Assembly: GCA_031272705.1 (NCBI GenBank)
Contig: JAISTG010000076.1
Span: forward strand, 19,204 to 83,203
Origin: Bacteroidales bacterium
Lineage (GTDB): Bacteria > Bacteroidota > Bacteroidia > Bacteroidales > P3
Direction of reading: 5' to 3'
DNA length: 64,000 nt
A program made the translations under genes and the position numbers. Positions 46,911 through 58,561 of this stretch are shown piece after piece. Numbering within the stretch: position 1 is the first letter of the stretch; every line of letters begins with the position of its first letter. The notes beneath the pieces were generated by a model, which was not told the origin of the DNA, ran no database searches, and saw nothing but the letters and a program-made list of their open reading frames with translations.

Positions 46911-49900
46911 TTATTTCATATTTTTTTGTTCAAAATTTATTTCCAGACCTAATCCTCTTAACTCATGAACAAGCACATTGAATGACTCTGGAATACCTGG
47001 TGTTGGCATATTATCACCTTTCACTATTGCTTCGTAAGCTCTTGCACGTCCCATAACATCATCTGATTTAACGGTAAGTATTTCCTGCAATACGTGAGAA
47101 GCACCAAATGCCTCCAAAGCCCAGACTTCCATTTCACCAAAACGCTGCCCACCAAACTGAGCTTTACCTCCAAGTGGTTGTTGTGTAATAAGCGAATACG
47201 GACCTATAGACCTTGCGTGCATTTTATCATCAATCATATGATGAAGTTTCAACATATAAACATATCCAACCGTTGCTGATTGGTCAAATTTATCACCAGT
47301 CTCTCCATCATAAAGATAACATTTACCATTGACAGGCAAACCAGCTTTTTTCATATACTCATTAACATCCTCCAACGATGCACCGTCAAAGATTGGGGTT
47401 TCAAATCGTATATTCAATTCATGACCAGCCCATCCCAAAACAGTTTCAAATATCTGTCCTAAATTCATACGTGAAGGCACACCAAGTGGATTCAAAACTA
47501 TATCAACTGGTTTTCCACTCTCCAAAAACGGCATATCTTCCTCTCTAACAATTTTTGCAACAATACCTTTATTTCCATGTCGTCCTGCCATCTTGTCTCC
47601 AACTTTCAATTTACGTTTTTGAGCAAGGTATACTTTTGCCATTTGAACAATACCTGTAGGTAAATCATCGCCAACCGTTGCAGTAAAGTTCTTTCTCGCA
47701 TAATTACCCTGAATTTCACTACAACGAATATTATAATTATGTAGCAGTTTTTTCACGTTAGCATTAACGGATCGGTCACTTGTCCAATGATTAGGATTGA
47801 TATTTGTATAATCAATAGATGCTAATATATTCCGATTAAATTTTGATTTCTTTGGAATAACTTCTTCTTTATAATTAGTATAAACTCCAATAGAACTTTT
47901 ACCTACAAGGATAATAAATAATTTATCAACAAGCCTATCTTTTAATACTGTCATTTCCTTATCGTATTCTCCTTTAAGTTTTAACAGAATATCCTTATCT
48001 TTTGCTCTTGTTTTTTTATCCTTCTGCAATTTTGTAAATAATTTTTTGCCAATAACAATACCACCTGATGATGGAGGAACTTTCAAAGAAGCATCTTTAA
48101 CATCACCCGCCTTATCACCAAAAATAGCACGAAGAAGTTTTTCTTCTGGAGTTGGATCTGTTTCCCCCTTGGGAGTAATCTTTCCAACTAATATATCTCC
48201 TTCCTTGACTTCTGCACCAATACGAATTATACCATTTTCATCAAGATCTTTGGTTGCTTCAACACTTACATTTGGTATATCACGCGTAAGTTCTTCCAAC
48301 CCCCTTTTCGTATCACGCACTTCTATTATAAATTCCTCAACATGTACAGAAGTAAATATATCTTCCTTAACAACTCGTTCTGAAATAACTATGGCATCTT
48401 CGTAATTATATCCTTTCCAAGGCATAAATGCAACTTGCAAATTGCGTCCCAAAGCAAGTACTCCATCTTTTGTGGCATAACCTTCACAAAGCACTTGCCC
48501 CTTTTTAACTCTGTCTCCTACATGAACAATAGGACGAAGATTAATAGAAGTACTTTGATTTGTCCGCTGAAATTTTGTTAATAGATACTCCTTTATATCC
48601 TCTTCAAAACTTGTTAGTTTGTTTTTTTCACTCATATCATAGTGAATAATTATTTTACGAGCATCCACATAATTAACTACACCATCTCCTTCCGCCTGCA
48701 ACAACACCCTTGAATCAAATGCAACAGATGACTCAATACCGGTTCCTACAATAGGAATTTCAGGATTTAATAATGGTACAGCCTGACGCATCATATTTGA
48801 TCCCATTAAGGCTCTGTTCGCATCATCATGTTCAAGAAATGGAATAAGTGAAGCAGCAATAGATGCAATTTGATTGGAAGCAACGTCCATCAAATCCACT
48901 TTATTCGGATAAACAATAGGAAAATCCGCCATTTGACGAGCCTTTACCTTTTCATCCGTTATATATCCTTCTGCATTATTATGAGTTGTAGCTTGTGCAA
49001 TAATTTTATCCTCTTCCTCCTCTGCTGACAGATATACTGGTTCTTCATTCTTCAAAACTTTACTGTTTTCTACCTTATAATAAGGAGTTTCAATAAAGCC
49101 TAAATTATTTATTTTAGCAAACACGGAAAGAGAAGAGATTAAACCAATGTTTGGTCCTTCTGGAGTTTCTATTGTACATAAACGTCCATAATGAGTATAA
49201 TGCACGTCTCTTACCTCAAAACCCGCTCTTTCTCTTGATAAGCCTCCGGGTCCCAATGCAGAAATTCTTCGTTTATGAGTTATTTCAGACAAAGGATTTG
49301 TCTGATCCATAAATTGTGATAACTGATTTGTACCAAAAAAAGAATTTATAACTGATGACAATGTCTTGGCATTAATTAAATCTATTGGAGTAAAGACCTC
49401 ATTATCTCTTACATTCATCCTTTCGCGAATAGTCCTTGCCATACGTGCAAGTCCCAATCCAAATTGAGAATACAATTGTTCTCCTACCGTCCTTATTCTT
49501 CTATTGCTTAAGTGGTCAATATCATCTACTTCGGTTTTAGAGTTAATCAGTTCTATCAAATGTTTTATAATTGAAATAATGTCTTCTTTGGTCAATACTT
49601 TTATATCAAAACTTACATTCAATTCTAGTTTTTTATTTATACGATACCTACCAACATCACCCAAGTCATAGCGTTTATCCGAGAAAAACAACTTTTCAAT
49701 TATACCTCTTGCAGTTTCTTCATCAGGAGGTTCCGCATTACGTAATTGCCTGTAAATATATTCTACAGCCTCCTTGGCATTATTGGCTGTATCTTTTTGT
49801 AATGTATTAAAAATTATAGAATAATCACTGGCAGAAGCATCACTATTATGAATCAATATAGTTTTTATTCCTGCATCAAGTATTTCATCTATGTGTTCTT

Positions 49901-50729
49901 CTACAAGTTCTACTTCTCTATCTATTATCACTTCTGTTCTATCTATAGAAACAACTTCACCTGTATCTTCATCTACAAAATCTTCTATCCACGAACGAAC
50001 AACTCTTGCGGCAAGACGACGACCAACTACTCTTTTCAAACTAGCTTTATTAACCTTTACTTCTTCTGCAAGATTGAATATCTCTAAAATATCTTTATCC
50101 GTTTCATAACCTATTGCCCTTAACAATGTAGTTATTGGAAGTTTCTTTTTTCTGTCAATATAGGCATACATGATATTGTTAATATCGGTAGTAAATTCCA
50201 TCCAAGAACCTTTGAAAGGAATAATTCTTGCAGAATACAATTGCATACCATTATTATGCAAACTCGTTCCAAAGAATACACCTGGCGAACGATGCAGTTG
50301 AGAAACAACAACTCGTTCGGCTCCATTTATAACAAATGTTCCTTGCGGTGTCATATAAGGAATCATTCCCAAATATACATCCTGCATTATTGTTTCAAAT
50401 TCTTCGTGTTCTGGGTCGTTGCAATATAATTTTAATTTTGCTTTCAACGGAACACTAAACGTCAACCCTCTCTCAATACATTCATTTATGGAATAACGAG
50501 GAGGGTCTATGAAATAATCCACAAATTCAAGAACAAAATTACCGCGAGCATCGGTAATTGGAAAATTTTCGGAAAATACCTTAAATAATCCTTCATCTTT
50601 TCTGTTTTCTGGATTTGTTTCTAACTGAAAGAAATCTCTAAAAGATTTCAACTGAATATCCAAAAAATCAGGATATTCAAATGGTTTTACTGTCGCAAAA
50701 CTTACTACGGTTGGTTTTTTTTGTGCCAA
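46911..50729 (-). CDS. rpoB: DNA-directed RNA polymerase subunit beta
   Basis: 1272 aa. [14 protein letters not shown] and [14 protein letters not shown] motifs. Confidence 0.98.
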   Translation of the reverse strand: MAQKKPTVVSFATVKPFEYPDFLDIQLKSFRDFFQLETNPENRKDEGLFKVFSENFPITDARGNFVLEFVDYFIDPPRYSINECIERGLTFSVPLKAKLKLYCNDPEHEEFETIMQDVYLGMIPYMTPQGTFVINGAERVVVSQLHRSPGVFFGTSLHNNGMQLYSARIIPFKGSWMEFTTDINNIMYAYIDRKKKLPITTLLRAIGYETDKDILEIFNLAEEVKVNKASLKRVVGRRLAARVVRSWIEDFVDEDTGEVVSIDRTEVIIDREVELVEEHIDEILDAGIKTILIHNSDASASDYSIIFNTLQKDTANNAKEAVEYIYRQLRNAEPPDEETARGIIEKLFFSDKRYDLGDVGRYRINKKLELNVSFDIKVLTKEDIISIIKHLIELINSKTEVDDIDHLSNRRIRTVGEQLYSQFGLGLARMARTIRERMNVRDNEVFTPIDLINAKTLSSVINSFFGTNQLSQFMDQTNPLSEITHKRRISALGPGGLSRERAGFEVRDVHYTHYGRLCTIETPEGPNIGLISSLSVFAKINNLGFIETPYYKVENSKVLKNEEPVYLSAEEEEDKIIAQATTHNNAEGYITDEKVKARQMADFPIVYPNKVDLMDVASNQIASIAASLIPFLEHDDANRALMGSNMMRQAVPLLNPEIPIVGTGIESSVAFDSRVLLQAEGDGVVNYVDARKIIIHYDMSEKNKLTSFEEDIKEYLLTKFQRTNQSTSINLRPIVHVGDRVKKGQVLCEGYATKDGVLALGRNLQVAFMPWKGYNYEDAIVISERVVKEDIFTSVHVEEFIIEVRDTKRGLEELTRDIPNVSVEATKDLDENGIIRIGAEVKEGDILVGKITPKGETDPTPEEKLLRAIFGDKAGDVKDASLKVPPSSGGIVIGKKLFTKLQKDKKTRAKDKDILLKLKGEYDKEMTVLKDRLVDKLFIILVGKSSIGVYTNYKEEVIPKKSKFNRNILASIDYTNINPNHWTSDRSVNANVKKLLHNYNIRCSEIQGNYARKNFTATVGDDLPTGIVQMAKVYLAQKRKLKVGDKMAGRHGNKGIVAKIVREEDMPFLESGKPVDIVLNPLGVPSRMNLGQIFETVLGWAGHELNIRFETPIFDGASLEDVNEYMKKAGLPVNGKCYLYDGETGDKFDQSATVGYVYMLKLHHMIDDKMHARSIGPYSLITQQPLGGKAQFGGQRFGEMEVWALEAFGASHVLQEILTVKSDDVMGRARAYEAIVKGDNMPTPGIPESFNVLVHELRGLGLEINFEQKNMK

Positions 50730-50769
50730 GGTAACTATAATTATTAAATTTAAACCAATATAGAATAAA

Positions 50770-50816
50770 ATATAAACAAGGAACAGGTACTCTAAAACAA
50801 GAATACCTCATTCCTT
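50770..50816 (-). terminator. rplL-rpoB intergenic hairpin (putative attenuator)
   Basis: Minus-strand AAGGAAUGAGGUAUUC / GAGUACCUGUUCCUU imperfect stem followed by GUUUAUAUUUU. Its position matches the partial terminator known between rplL and rpoB in other bacteria. Confidence 0.35.
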
Positions 50817-50836
50817 ATTCATTGAAGTGTAAAGAT

Positions 50837-51214
50837 TTACTTGATTTCAACCTTTGCACCTGCTTCCTCTAACGCCTTCTTCAAAGATTCAGCTTCATCT
50901 TTCGAAATACCTTCTTTCAAAGGTTTTGGTGCTGCATCAACAAGTTCTTTTGCTTCCTTTAATCCAAGACTGCAAAGATCCTTCACCAACTTAACAACGT
51001 TAAGTTTAGAAGCACCAGCCTCTGCCAAAATTACATCAAAAGATGTCTTTTCGTCTTCAACAGCTACTCCTGTTGCTGCAGGACCTGCTGCCACTGCTAC
51101 TGCTGCTGCCGCTGGTTCAATACCATATTCTTCTTTTAAGATGTCTGCTAACTCTTTTACCTCTTTTACAGTTAGATTGACTAATTGTTCTGCAAACGCT
51201 TTTAAATCTGCCAT
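50837..51214 (-). CDS. rplL: 50S ribosomal protein L7/L12
   Basis: 125 aa with an Ala-rich hinge and a C-terminal KEAKELVD...[11 protein letters not shown]. Confidence 0.97.
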   Translation of the reverse strand: MADLKAFAEQLVNLTVKEVKELADILKEEYGIEPAAAAVAVAAGPAATGVAVEDEKTSFDVILAEAGASKLNVVKLVKDLCSLGLKEAKELVDAAPKPLKEGISKDEAESLKKALEEAGAKVEIK

Positions 51215-51257
51215 TTTATTAAATATTAAATGTTTTACAATAAATTACTTTTACTTT

Positions 51258-51779
51258 TTACTCTGATTTCTCAGATAATGTTTTAACCACGCCTGATAAC
51301 GTATTCGCACCTGATTGCAATGCACTTACAATATTCTTTGCAGGAGACAATAATGCAGCAATAATGTCTGCAACGAGCTCATTCTTAGATTTAATTGTAA
51401 GTAAATCTTGCAAGCAAGCATCACCCAAATAAAATGATTCTTCTACATAAGCCGCCTTTAATAAAGGCTTTTCACTTGATGCTCTGAAATCTTTTATGAG
51501 TTTTGCCGGTGCATTATTTACATTAGAAAGCATGAGAGAAGTTGTTCCCTTACAAGCAGAGAATAACTCAGAATAGTCAATATTGGATTTCTCCATTGCC
51601 TTAATCAACAGTTTATTCTTTACCACCAAAAGTTTAACTTCTCTTCTAAAGCATAATCTTCTAAGTTTTGCCGTATCAACGGAATTTAATCCTTCTATAT
51701 CAACAAGATATACATAAGGATACTTAGCAATTTCTGCTCCAATAGACTCTATTAACTGACCTTTATCTTCTTTTCTCAT
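51258..51779 (-). CDS. rplJ: 50S ribosomal protein L10
   Basis: 173 aa. Position between rplA and rplL, with a typical L10 N-terminus. Confidence 0.93.
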   Translation of the reverse strand: MRKEDKGQLIESIGAEIAKYPYVYLVDIEGLNSVDTAKLRRLCFRREVKLLVVKNKLLIKAMEKSNIDYSELFSACKGTTSLMLSNVNNAPAKLIKDFRASSEKPLLKAAYVEESFYLGDACLQDLLTIKSKNELVADIIAALLSPAKNIVSALQSGANTLSGVVKTLSEKSE

Positions 51780-51798
51780 ATCTGTTAGTTTTTGAAGA

Positions 51799-52494
51799 TT
51801 ATTTGGTTATAGATTTTGAATCAACTTTCACTCCAGGACTCATAGTTGAAGAGAGTGTAATACTCTTAACATAAGTTCCCTTTGCTGCCGCTGGTTTCAA
51901 TTTGATAATTGCATTAAGAACTTCCAAAGTATTTTCATATATCTTTTGCGGTTCAAATGATATACGAGCAACACTTGTATGGATAATTCCAAATTTATCA
52001 ACCTTAAAATCTATTTTACCGGCTTTGACTTCTTGTACGGCTTTACCAATTTCCATCGTAACTGTACCAGTTTTGGGATTAGGCATTAAGCCACGAGGAC
52101 CTAATATTTTTCCTAATGCTCCAATTTTTGGCATTACGCTTGGCATAGTGATAATAACATCGACATCCGTCCAACCGCCTTTTATTTTGTCAACGAATTC
52201 GTCCAATCCAACATAATCGGCTCCGGCTGCTTTGGCTTCATCCTCTTTGTCTGGTGTACAAAGCACAAGAACTCTTTTTACTTTTCCTGTTCCATGAGGC
52301 AAAGTAACAATACCTCTCACCATTTGATTTGCCTTGCGAGGATCAACGCCCAAACGGACATCTACATCAACAGAGGCATCAAATTTTGTGAACGTAATAT
52401 CCTTCACCACTTTTACAGCATCTTCCAAAGAGAAAATCTTTGTTGTATCAAACTTTGCCAATGCTTCTTTTTGTTTCTTCGATATTTTTGCCAT
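51799..52494 (-). CDS. rplA: 50S ribosomal protein L1
   Basis: 231 aa. [13 protein letters not shown]...LPHGTGK motif. Confidence 0.97.
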   Translation of the reverse strand: MAKISKKQKEALAKFDTTKIFSLEDAVKVVKDITFTKFDASVDVDVRLGVDPRKANQMVRGIVTLPHGTGKVKRVLVLCTPDKEDEAKAAGADYVGLDEFVDKIKGGWTDVDVIITMPSVMPKIGALGKILGPRGLMPNPKTGTVTMEIGKAVQEVKAGKIDFKVDKFGIIHTSVARISFEPQKIYENTLEVLNAIIKLKPAAAKGTYVKSITLSSTMSPGVKVDSKSITK

Positions 52495-52531
52495 TTGTTA
52501 ATTTAACTTAAATAATAACTTTGTTAAAGAC

Positions 52532-52957
52532 CTATTCTTTAACTGTAATCCCCATACTTCTTGCCGTACCCTTTACAATATTTACAGCAGCATCCACCGT
52601 GAAGCAATTTAAATCTACCATTTTTGCTTCAGCAATAGTTGTTATCTGTTCCATTGTTAAAGATGCAACTTTATTTCTGTTTGGTTCTGAAGAACCACTC
52701 TTTAATTTAGCCACTTCTTTTAATTGTACAGCAACAGGCGAGGTTTTAATTACAAAATCAAAAGATTTGTCAGTATAAACAGTTATTATGGCAGGAACAA
52801 TTTTACCAGCTTGGTCTTGTGTTCTTGCGTTAAACTGCTTACAAAACTCCATTATATTAACACCTTTAGCACCCAATGCAGGTCCTACCGGTGGTGATGG
52901 GTTTGCTGCCCCTCCTTTAATTTGCAATTTGATTAATCCTGCAACTTCTTTAGCCAT
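52532..52957 (-). CDS. rplK: 50S ribosomal protein L11
   Basis: 141 aa. [20 protein letters not shown] motif. Confidence 0.97.
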   Translation of the reverse strand: MAKEVAGLIKLQIKGGAANPSPPVGPALGAKGVNIMEFCKQFNARTQDQAGKIVPAIITVYTDKSFDFVIKTSPVAVQLKEVAKLKSGSSEPNRNKVASLTMEQITTIAEAKMVDLNCFTVDAAVNIVKGTARSMGITVKE

Positions 52958-53005
52958 TTTACTATGTGCATTTATTGATTAAAAATTAATAACCTGATAT
53001 TTCAA

Positions 53006-53548
53006 CTATTTTTCTACTTGCACAAAAGATAATTCAACAGGTGCTTTACGACCAAAAATCTTAACCATCACCTTTAATTTTCTCTTCTCCGCATTAATCT
53101 CTTCAATAACTCCAGAAAAATTATTAAATGGACCATCAACTACTTTAACGGTTTCGCCCACGATAAACGGATTATCCATCTCCTCATCGGCATTAAGCAT
53201 ATCATCCATCTTTCCCAAAATTCTTTTAACTTCACTATCCTGTAAAGGTAATGGAGTCCCATCTTTTTCAGAAAGAAAACCAATAACATTCGTAACGTTT
53301 TTGATTGTATGAATTATTTCTCCTTCCAATGCGGCTTCTATAAGAATATAACCAGGAAAAAGTGTTTTATTCTTACTTACACGCTTACCATTGCGAACAG
53401 AATAAACCCTTTCAGTAGGAATGAGAACCTGCGACACAACATCATTCAAATTCAATACAGAAATTTCTTTTTCTATATACTCTTTTGCTTTTTGTTCCTT
53501 GCCGGCAATTGCTCTTAATACATACCATCTTTTTATTTGTTCACTCAT
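53006..53548 (-). CDS. nusG: transcription termination/antitermination protein NusG
   Basis: 180 aa. [16 protein letters not shown] start and a KOW segment [18 protein letters not shown]. Confidence 0.95.
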   Translation of the reverse strand: MSEQIKRWYVLRAIAGKEQKAKEYIEKEISVLNLNDVVSQVLIPTERVYSVRNGKRVSKNKTLFPGYILIEAALEGEIIHTIKNVTNVIGFLSEKDGTPLPLQDSEVKRILGKMDDMLNADEEMDNPFIVGETVKVVDGPFNNFSGVIEEINAEKRKLKVMVKIFGRKAPVELSFVQVEK

Positions 53549-53654
53549 ATCTGTAAATTAGTTGAATAATCAAAACATCAAATAAAAACTATAATTTATT
53601 GACAAATCTCTATGGCAAAAGCCAATGGGAAGCAAGACTCGCCAACAATTATTG

Positions 53655-53873
53655 TTATCCTAACATATTATATAAATATCCCAACAGCCCTTTCCAGAAC
53701 ATAGTCGGATGAACTCCACAAACAATATCCATTACGAATATTATCAATGCTATAATCAGCGAAGCAACAAATACCACTACCGTACTATTAAGTAACTCTG
53801 CTGTTGTTGGCCATGAAACTTTATGAACAAGTTCCTCATAACTATCCTTTACGTAATCAACTATTTTCGACAT
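53655..53873 (-). CDS. secE: preprotein translocase subunit SecE
   Basis: 72 aa with a single TM helix. Conserved position between tRNA-Trp and nusG. Confidence 0.85.
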   Translation of the reverse strand: MSKIVDYVKDSYEELVHKVSWPTTAELLNSTVVVFVASLIIALIIFVMDIVCGVHPTMFWKGLLGYLYNMLG

Positions 53874-53896
53874 TTCTTTTATGTTTATTTATTTAG

Positions 53897-53967
53897 CAGG
53901 GGCGGAGAGATTCGAACTCCCATCAACGGTTTTGGAGACCGCGATTCTGCCATTGAACTACGCCCCT
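53897..53967 (-). tRNA. tRNA-Trp (anticodon CCA)
   Basis: Minus strand reads AGGGGCG...GCGGT-CTCCAAA-ACCGT...GGAGTTCGAATCTCTC-CGCCCCT-G. The cloverleaf folds by hand and no CCA is encoded. Confidence 0.9.
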
Positions 53968-54017
53968 AAAAAGAACTTCAATATCATTTGATTTTGGTTC
54001 TTTTTAGTTAGCAATTA

Positions 54018-55205
54018 TTAATCTAATATCTTTGTTACCTGTCCTGCTCCAACAGTTCTGCCTCCTTCACGGATTGCAAAACGAAGGTTTTCATTCAAAG
54101 CAATTTCGTTAATCAAATCAACAGTAATTGTTAAGTTATCTCCCGGCATAACCATTTCAATTCCTTCTGGAAGAGAAATCTCACCTGTAACGTCTGTTGT
54201 ACGGAAATAGAATTGAGGACGATATTTGTTATGGAACGGTGTATGACGACCACCTTCTTCTTTAGTCAGAATATAAACCTCTGCCTGGAATTTTTTGTGA
54301 GGAGTAATCGAACCAGGTTTTGCGATAACCATACCACGACGAATTTGATCTTTGTCAATACCACGAAGCAATAAACCTACGTTATCACCTGCTTCTCCTT
54401 CGTCCAAAATCTTACGAAACATTTCAACACCAGTAACGGTTGATTTCAACTTTTCCGCACCCATACCAATAATATCAACAGGGTCCCCAGTATGAATAAT
54501 GCCCGTCTCAATACGTCCTGTAGCAACGGTTCCACGACCTGTAATAGAGAACACGTCTTCTATAGGCATCAAGAACGCTTTGTCCTTATCTCTTTGAGGT
54601 AATGGAATCCATTCATCAACTGCGTTCATCAATTCCATAATCTTTTCAACCCATGCAGGTTCGTTGTTTAATCCGCCAAGAGCAGAACCACGAATAACAG
54701 GAGTATTGTCTCCATCATATTCATAGAATGACAACAAATCTCTAATTTCCATCTCAACGAGGTCTAACAACTCAGGGTCATCAACCAAGTCAACCTTGTT
54801 CATAAACACAACCAAACGAGGTACACCCACCTGACGAGCTAACAAGATATGCTCACGAGTTTGAGGCATAGGACCATCGGTTGCAGCCACAACGATAATA
54901 GCACCGTCCATCTGTGCAGCACCTGTAACCATGTTCTTTACATAGTCGGCGTGACCCGGACAATCCACATGTGCATAGTGTCGAGCTTGTGTTTGATACT
55001 CAACGTGCGCCGTGTTAATTGTAATACCTCTTTCCTTCTCTTCAGGAGCAGAGTCGATTGAATCGAAAGTTTTAATTTCAGATAAACCTTGAGCTGCCAA
55101 TACTGTAGTGATTGCAGCCGTTAAGGTTGTCTTACCGTGATCTACGTGCCCGATTGTACCTATATTTACGTGAGGTTTCGAGCGATCAAATTTTTCTTTT
55201 GCCAT
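54018..55205 (-). CDS. tuf: elongation factor Tu
   Basis: 395 aa. [18 protein letters not shown] and NKVD motifs. Confidence 0.98.
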   Translation of the reverse strand: MAKEKFDRSKPHVNIGTIGHVDHGKTTLTAAITTVLAAQGLSEIKTFDSIDSAPEEKERGITINTAHVEYQTQARHYAHVDCPGHADYVKNMVTGAAQMDGAIIVVAATDGPMPQTREHILLARQVGVPRLVVFMNKVDLVDDPELLDLVEMEIRDLLSFYEYDGDNTPVIRGSALGGLNNEPAWVEKIMELMNAVDEWIPLPQRDKDKAFLMPIEDVFSITGRGTVATGRIETGIIHTGDPVDIIGMGAEKLKSTVTGVEMFRKILDEGEAGDNVGLLLRGIDKDQIRRGMVIAKPGSITPHKKFQAEVYILTKEEGGRHTPFHNKYRPQFYFRTTDVTGEISLPEGIEMVMPGDNLTITVDLINEIALNENLRFAIREGGRTVGAGQVTKILD

Positions 55206-55268
55206 AATTTATTGACTTATTTAATTATTAAAAGTTTATATTTCGTTTTTTTATTCTTTTAAGGTTAG

Positions 55269-55340
55269 AGCCATTGACGAGACTTGAACTCGTGACCCCT
55301 TCCTTACCAAGGAAGTACTCTACCACTGAGCTACAACGGC
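55269..55340 (-). tRNA. tRNA-Thr (anticodon GGT)
   Basis: GCCGTTG acceptor, anticodon arm CTTCC-TTGGTAA-GGAAG, T arm ACGAG-TTCAAGT-CTCGT. Confidence 0.9.
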
Positions 55341-55412
55341 TTAAACTTCCAAATTTCACACCATAAGGAACGAACCATATAAGTACAATTCGCCCTTTGT
55401 TTTGAAACATTG

Positions 55413-55485
55413 AGCGGAAGACGGGGCTCGAACCCGCCACCTATAGCTTGGAAGGCTATCGCTCTACCGAATGAGCTACTTCCGC
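55413..55485 (-). tRNA. tRNA-Gly (anticodon TCC)
   Basis: GCGGAAG acceptor, anticodon arm ATAGC-CTTCCAA-GCTAT, T arm GCGGG-TTCGAGC-CCCGT. Confidence 0.9.
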
Positions 55486-55496
55486 TTGTGCTTTTG

Positions 55497-55578
55497 TGGG
55501 AGAGGGTGGACTCGAACCACCGAACTCCTGAGAGGACAGATTTACAGTCTGTTGCAATTGCCACTATGCGACTCTCCC
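55497..55578 (-). tRNA. tRNA-Tyr (anticodon GTA), long variable arm
   Basis: GGGAGAG acceptor, anticodon loop CTGTAAA, long variable arm, T arm GGTGG-TTCGAGT-CCACC. Confidence 0.9.
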
Positions 55579-55594
55579 TCACACTATATCTTTG

Positions 55595-55668
55595 AGCCGA
55601 TGGAGGGATTCGAACCCCCGACCAGCTGATTACAAATCAGCTGCTCTGGCCAGCTGAGCTACATCGGC
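55595..55668 (-). tRNA. tRNA-Thr (anticodon TGT)
   Basis: GCCGATG acceptor, anticodon arm GCTGA-TTTGTAA-TCAGC, T arm CGGGGG-TTCGAAT-CCCTCC region. Confidence 0.9.
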
Positions 55669-55687
55669 TTGGCTCAAAATGAGTTTG

Positions 55688-55695
55688 CAAAAGTA
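55688..55695 (-). promoter_or_regulatory. -7 promoter box TActTTTG of the tRNA-tuf operon
   Basis: Lies 20 nt upstream of the first tRNA 5' end (55668). Confidence 0.55.
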
Positions 55696-55922
55696 CAACT
55701 TTTTTCTTAACTACCAAAATTTTTTCTGTTTAATTTACGTTTTTTTTATTTTTTAATATGATAATCTTAAATAAATCAATCAATTATAATTTTTATTTTT
55801 TTATTTTTTCCATGCAATAAATCAAAATAAAATAAAGATATTTGCCAATACAGCATTGAATTTTACTAATTTTATCTTATCGGAGTATAAAATAGAATTT
55901 AAACATATTAAAATAATTTTTG

Positions 55923-55930
55923 TATTTTTG
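55923..55930 (+). promoter_or_regulatory. -7 promoter box TAttTTTG
   Basis: Lies 29 nt upstream of the small-ORF ATG at 55959. Confidence 0.45.
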
Positions 55931-55958
55931 CAATCTTAATTTTTTTAATTTTTGTATT

Positions 55959-56054
55959 ATGGCTTCAATAATGATGTCTTTTATGATTTTTCTATTTTTA
56001 GGCTTGTTTGTCTGGTTAATAATTTCAATCATAAAGAGACTTAACCGAAAGTAA
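55959..56054 (+). CDS. 31-aa hydrophobic small protein (single TM helix, basic C-terminus)
   Basis: Below the ORF-track size cut-off. ATG...TAA encodes MASIMMSFMIFLFLGLFVWLIISIIKRLNRK, bracketed by its own TAnnTTTG box and a strong terminator. Confidence 0.4.
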   Translation: MASIMMSFMIFLFLGLFVWLIISIIKRLNRK

Positions 56055-56060
56055 TTGATA

Positions 56061-56087
56061 GGGAGATTTAGTTCTCCCTTTTTTTTC
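56061..56087 (+). terminator. rho-independent terminator
   Basis: GGGAGA-TTTAGT-TCTCCC followed by a run of nine T, 7 nt after the small-ORF stop. Confidence 0.7.
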
Positions 56088-56229
56088 TTTTCATCATAAA
56101 AAGTAACGAATAAAATTTTATTACCGCTACCTCACAATGATGAAAGAACCAGAGCGATTAGCGAGAAGCCGAAGGCGTTTTTATTATAGGGCTACTTCAC
56201 CCGTAGCAAAGTTATTTTGTCATGAACAA

Positions 56230-56961
56230 TCAATGTAAAAAAATGACCTCTTTTTGCTCTGCTTCAATAACTTGTCCATTCATTTGTTCCAAACACAAAG
56301 CCCCATAATGATTAACACCTATTATCTTCGCTCTAATGCGTTTTGATTTATAAATATAATCTCTTAACTCATTCATATACAATAAACAATCAAGATATTC
56401 CTCATTCATATCAGGGTTAATGCGAAAAGATTCATACCGAAAAGCAATACAGTTCAGTAATTCCCTCAATAACACGTTCAAATCCTGCGTTTTACCTGTT
56501 TCCAAAGCAAGAGATGTCGGATTTGGAACGTGCTTAAATCGGGTTTGATTGACGTTTAAGCCGATGCCACAAAATGCTTTGGAAAATTCTTCTCCAATTA
56601 TATTGTTTTGAATCAAAATTCCACATATTTTATTGCCTTTTATATAAATATCATTTGACCATTTTATTTTTATAAATTCCTCATTTACATATTTTTTTAG
56701 AAAATCCACCACTGATAAAGAAAGTATTTGTGTGAGTGAAAACTGCTCCGAAGGTTTGATAAACAGAGGACGTAAGAGCAAAGAGAATGTTAAATTTTTG
56801 TAATCTTCACTTTCCCAGATGTTGGCAGCCTGTCCTTTACCTTTGGTTTGAGATTGGGCAACGAAAACACTGCCTTCATTCATTTCCTGTATCTTATCAG
56901 CCTGTATTAACGATGTTTGCGTAGATGCAAGGCTCATAAAATTTTGTATATTGTACTGCAT
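56230..56961 (-). CDS. birA: biotin--[acetyl-CoA-carboxylase] ligase (group I, no HTH domain)
   Basis: 243 aa. The QTKGKGQAANIWES segment corresponds to the GRGRxGRxW biotin-binding loop but is unusually poor in Arg. KWSNDIYIKGNKICGILI motif present. Confidence 0.75.
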   Translation of the reverse strand: MQYNIQNFMSLASTQTSLIQADKIQEMNEGSVFVAQSQTKGKGQAANIWESEDYKNLTFSLLLRPLFIKPSEQFSLTQILSLSVVDFLKKYVNEEFIKIKWSNDIYIKGNKICGILIQNNIIGEEFSKAFCGIGLNVNQTRFKHVPNPTSLALETGKTQDLNVLLRELLNCIAFRYESFRINPDMNEEYLDCLLYMNELRDYIYKSKRIRAKIIGVNHYGALCLEQMNGQVIEAEQKEVIFLH

Positions 56962-56979
56962 AAAATTTGTTTAAGACTG

Positions 56980-56987
56980 CAAAAGTA
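56980..56987 (-). promoter_or_regulatory. -7 promoter box TActTTTG
   Basis: Lies 19 nt upstream of the birA ATG at 56961. Confidence 0.45.
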
Positions 56988-57360
56988 CTGCTATTTTTCA
57001 TTTTAAGGTATCAAAATGCGAAAAAATTATATTATGTGCCTGTTTCAATTTGCCAAAATTTAGTAATGAATCATTTAGAGTAGTATTTCACTTTGGGTAA
57101 TACATTATAAATGACTTATTTTTCAATATGAATACAATGAAATCAACTTATAATTGTCTCAAACTTGCTTGGGTTCATCCAAAATCAAATAATATTGATC
57201 GTTTCCTGCGGGGAAACTGCAATTATCATGGCAGGAAACCATCGTTTTCCCCGCAGGAAAACATCATTATCCTGCGGAGAAACGCTCAATGTTCTTTGAT
57301 TATGGAGGAATAAAACTTGATTTTGAATAAATAAAACTTCACTTTGTGGAAACTTTTTCT

Positions 57361-57368
57361 TACTTTTG
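57361..57368 (+). promoter_or_regulatory. -7 promoter box TActTTTG
   Basis: Lies 26 nt upstream of the ATG at 57394. Confidence 0.5.
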
Positions 57369-57393
57369 CACTCTTGAAAAATACCGTCTTAAT

Positions 57394-58554
57394 ATGAAAC
57401 AAACATATATTTTTATTGTTGCAATGATTGCATTTTCTTATGTTTACGCTCAAAATTTTGATAGCGTAATAATGGCTCAGGAAAAGAAACAATTAGATTG
57501 TTTGATGTCGCTTCAGGTTGTTCTTTGTTGTTTGAAACGTTTTATATCTCCGCTCAAACCGACTCTGCTCAAAATCTAATTGCCTATTGGGAAGACAAAT
57601 GCGGACTTAGAGAACCTGTATTCAGGGCAAAACTAATGTTGGCTATGCGAAACGGCACTTATAATGATACAATACTGCCTTACAATATATTGGATTTTTT
57701 AACCAATTATGCGTATCGTATGGATGCAATCCGCCATAACAATTATAAAAGTTACGATACTTAATGGTTTTGTCCCTCTAAATCGCCAATACGATAAATT
57801 TACACAACAGGAGTTTGATTTGTTGAAGTTCAGGTACAATTCCGAATCCATAGAATATCTGTTGTGTGATTTCTATTCAGGCAATACGGATTCCATTCTT
57901 TCAAAAATACAGGATAAAAAGTACGACAGCACCACCATATCAAAGGAATACTACTCCATAATCAATGAAATAATGAAACCAAGTGATTGTCACGCATCAT
58001 TCATCGTTGGTACTTGGATACCAACAGGAAGTATGACAAAATTAGGGGTACATCCCGCATTCGGTTTTCAAATAGGTGCGAAAAGCAAAAAATGGAGTTA
58101 TGATGTTGCATTTATATTTAGCGGAAGCGTTTCCTCAAATCTGACCTATCCTTACAGAAGGTCATCTCACAGTTCTTGGGAAGTAAGTGACCATTTTGTG
58201 AATCTGTATCTTGCTTTTGAAACAGGAAGAGACATTGTTAAGGAAAAACACCATGAATTACAGGTTATTGGCGGAGCAGGTTTTGATGGATTTAATGGGA
58301 TACGAACGAATGAAGATGAGAAATCTGCTATGGGAATCACTTATGACTTAAATCTGGGGCTTGCTTACAGATATTACTTTACTCGAAGTTTTTATATGGG
58401 TCTGCGAGGCAAGTTGCATATAGTTGATTATAAATTAAGTGGAAATCTAAATATGACATCGCCTTATTTCAGTTTGCAGATGAGTATCGGTGGCTTTGAA
58501 ATGAGTGTTAAAAATCGTTATCTCAAAGGCTTACAATATAAAAATGACCGATAG
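57394..58554 (+). pseudogene. secreted beta-barrel-like protein gene interrupted by two compensating frameshifts
   Basis: Signal peptide MKQTYIFIVAMIAFSYVYAQ in frame 1. Protein-like sequence then continues in another frame (ORF 57498..57764) and returns to frame 1 (ORF 57709..58554). The shift windows are ~57465-57500 and ~57740-57764. Confidence 0.55.
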
Positions 58555-58561
58555 CATTTAG

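Noticed and set aside
57183-57322. Solitary module-like 9-mers (AATCAAATA at 57183, AACTTGATT at 57314)
   Set aside because: They are not phased with each other or with further modules. Single hits of an AT-rich 9-mer are expected by chance in AT-rich spacers.
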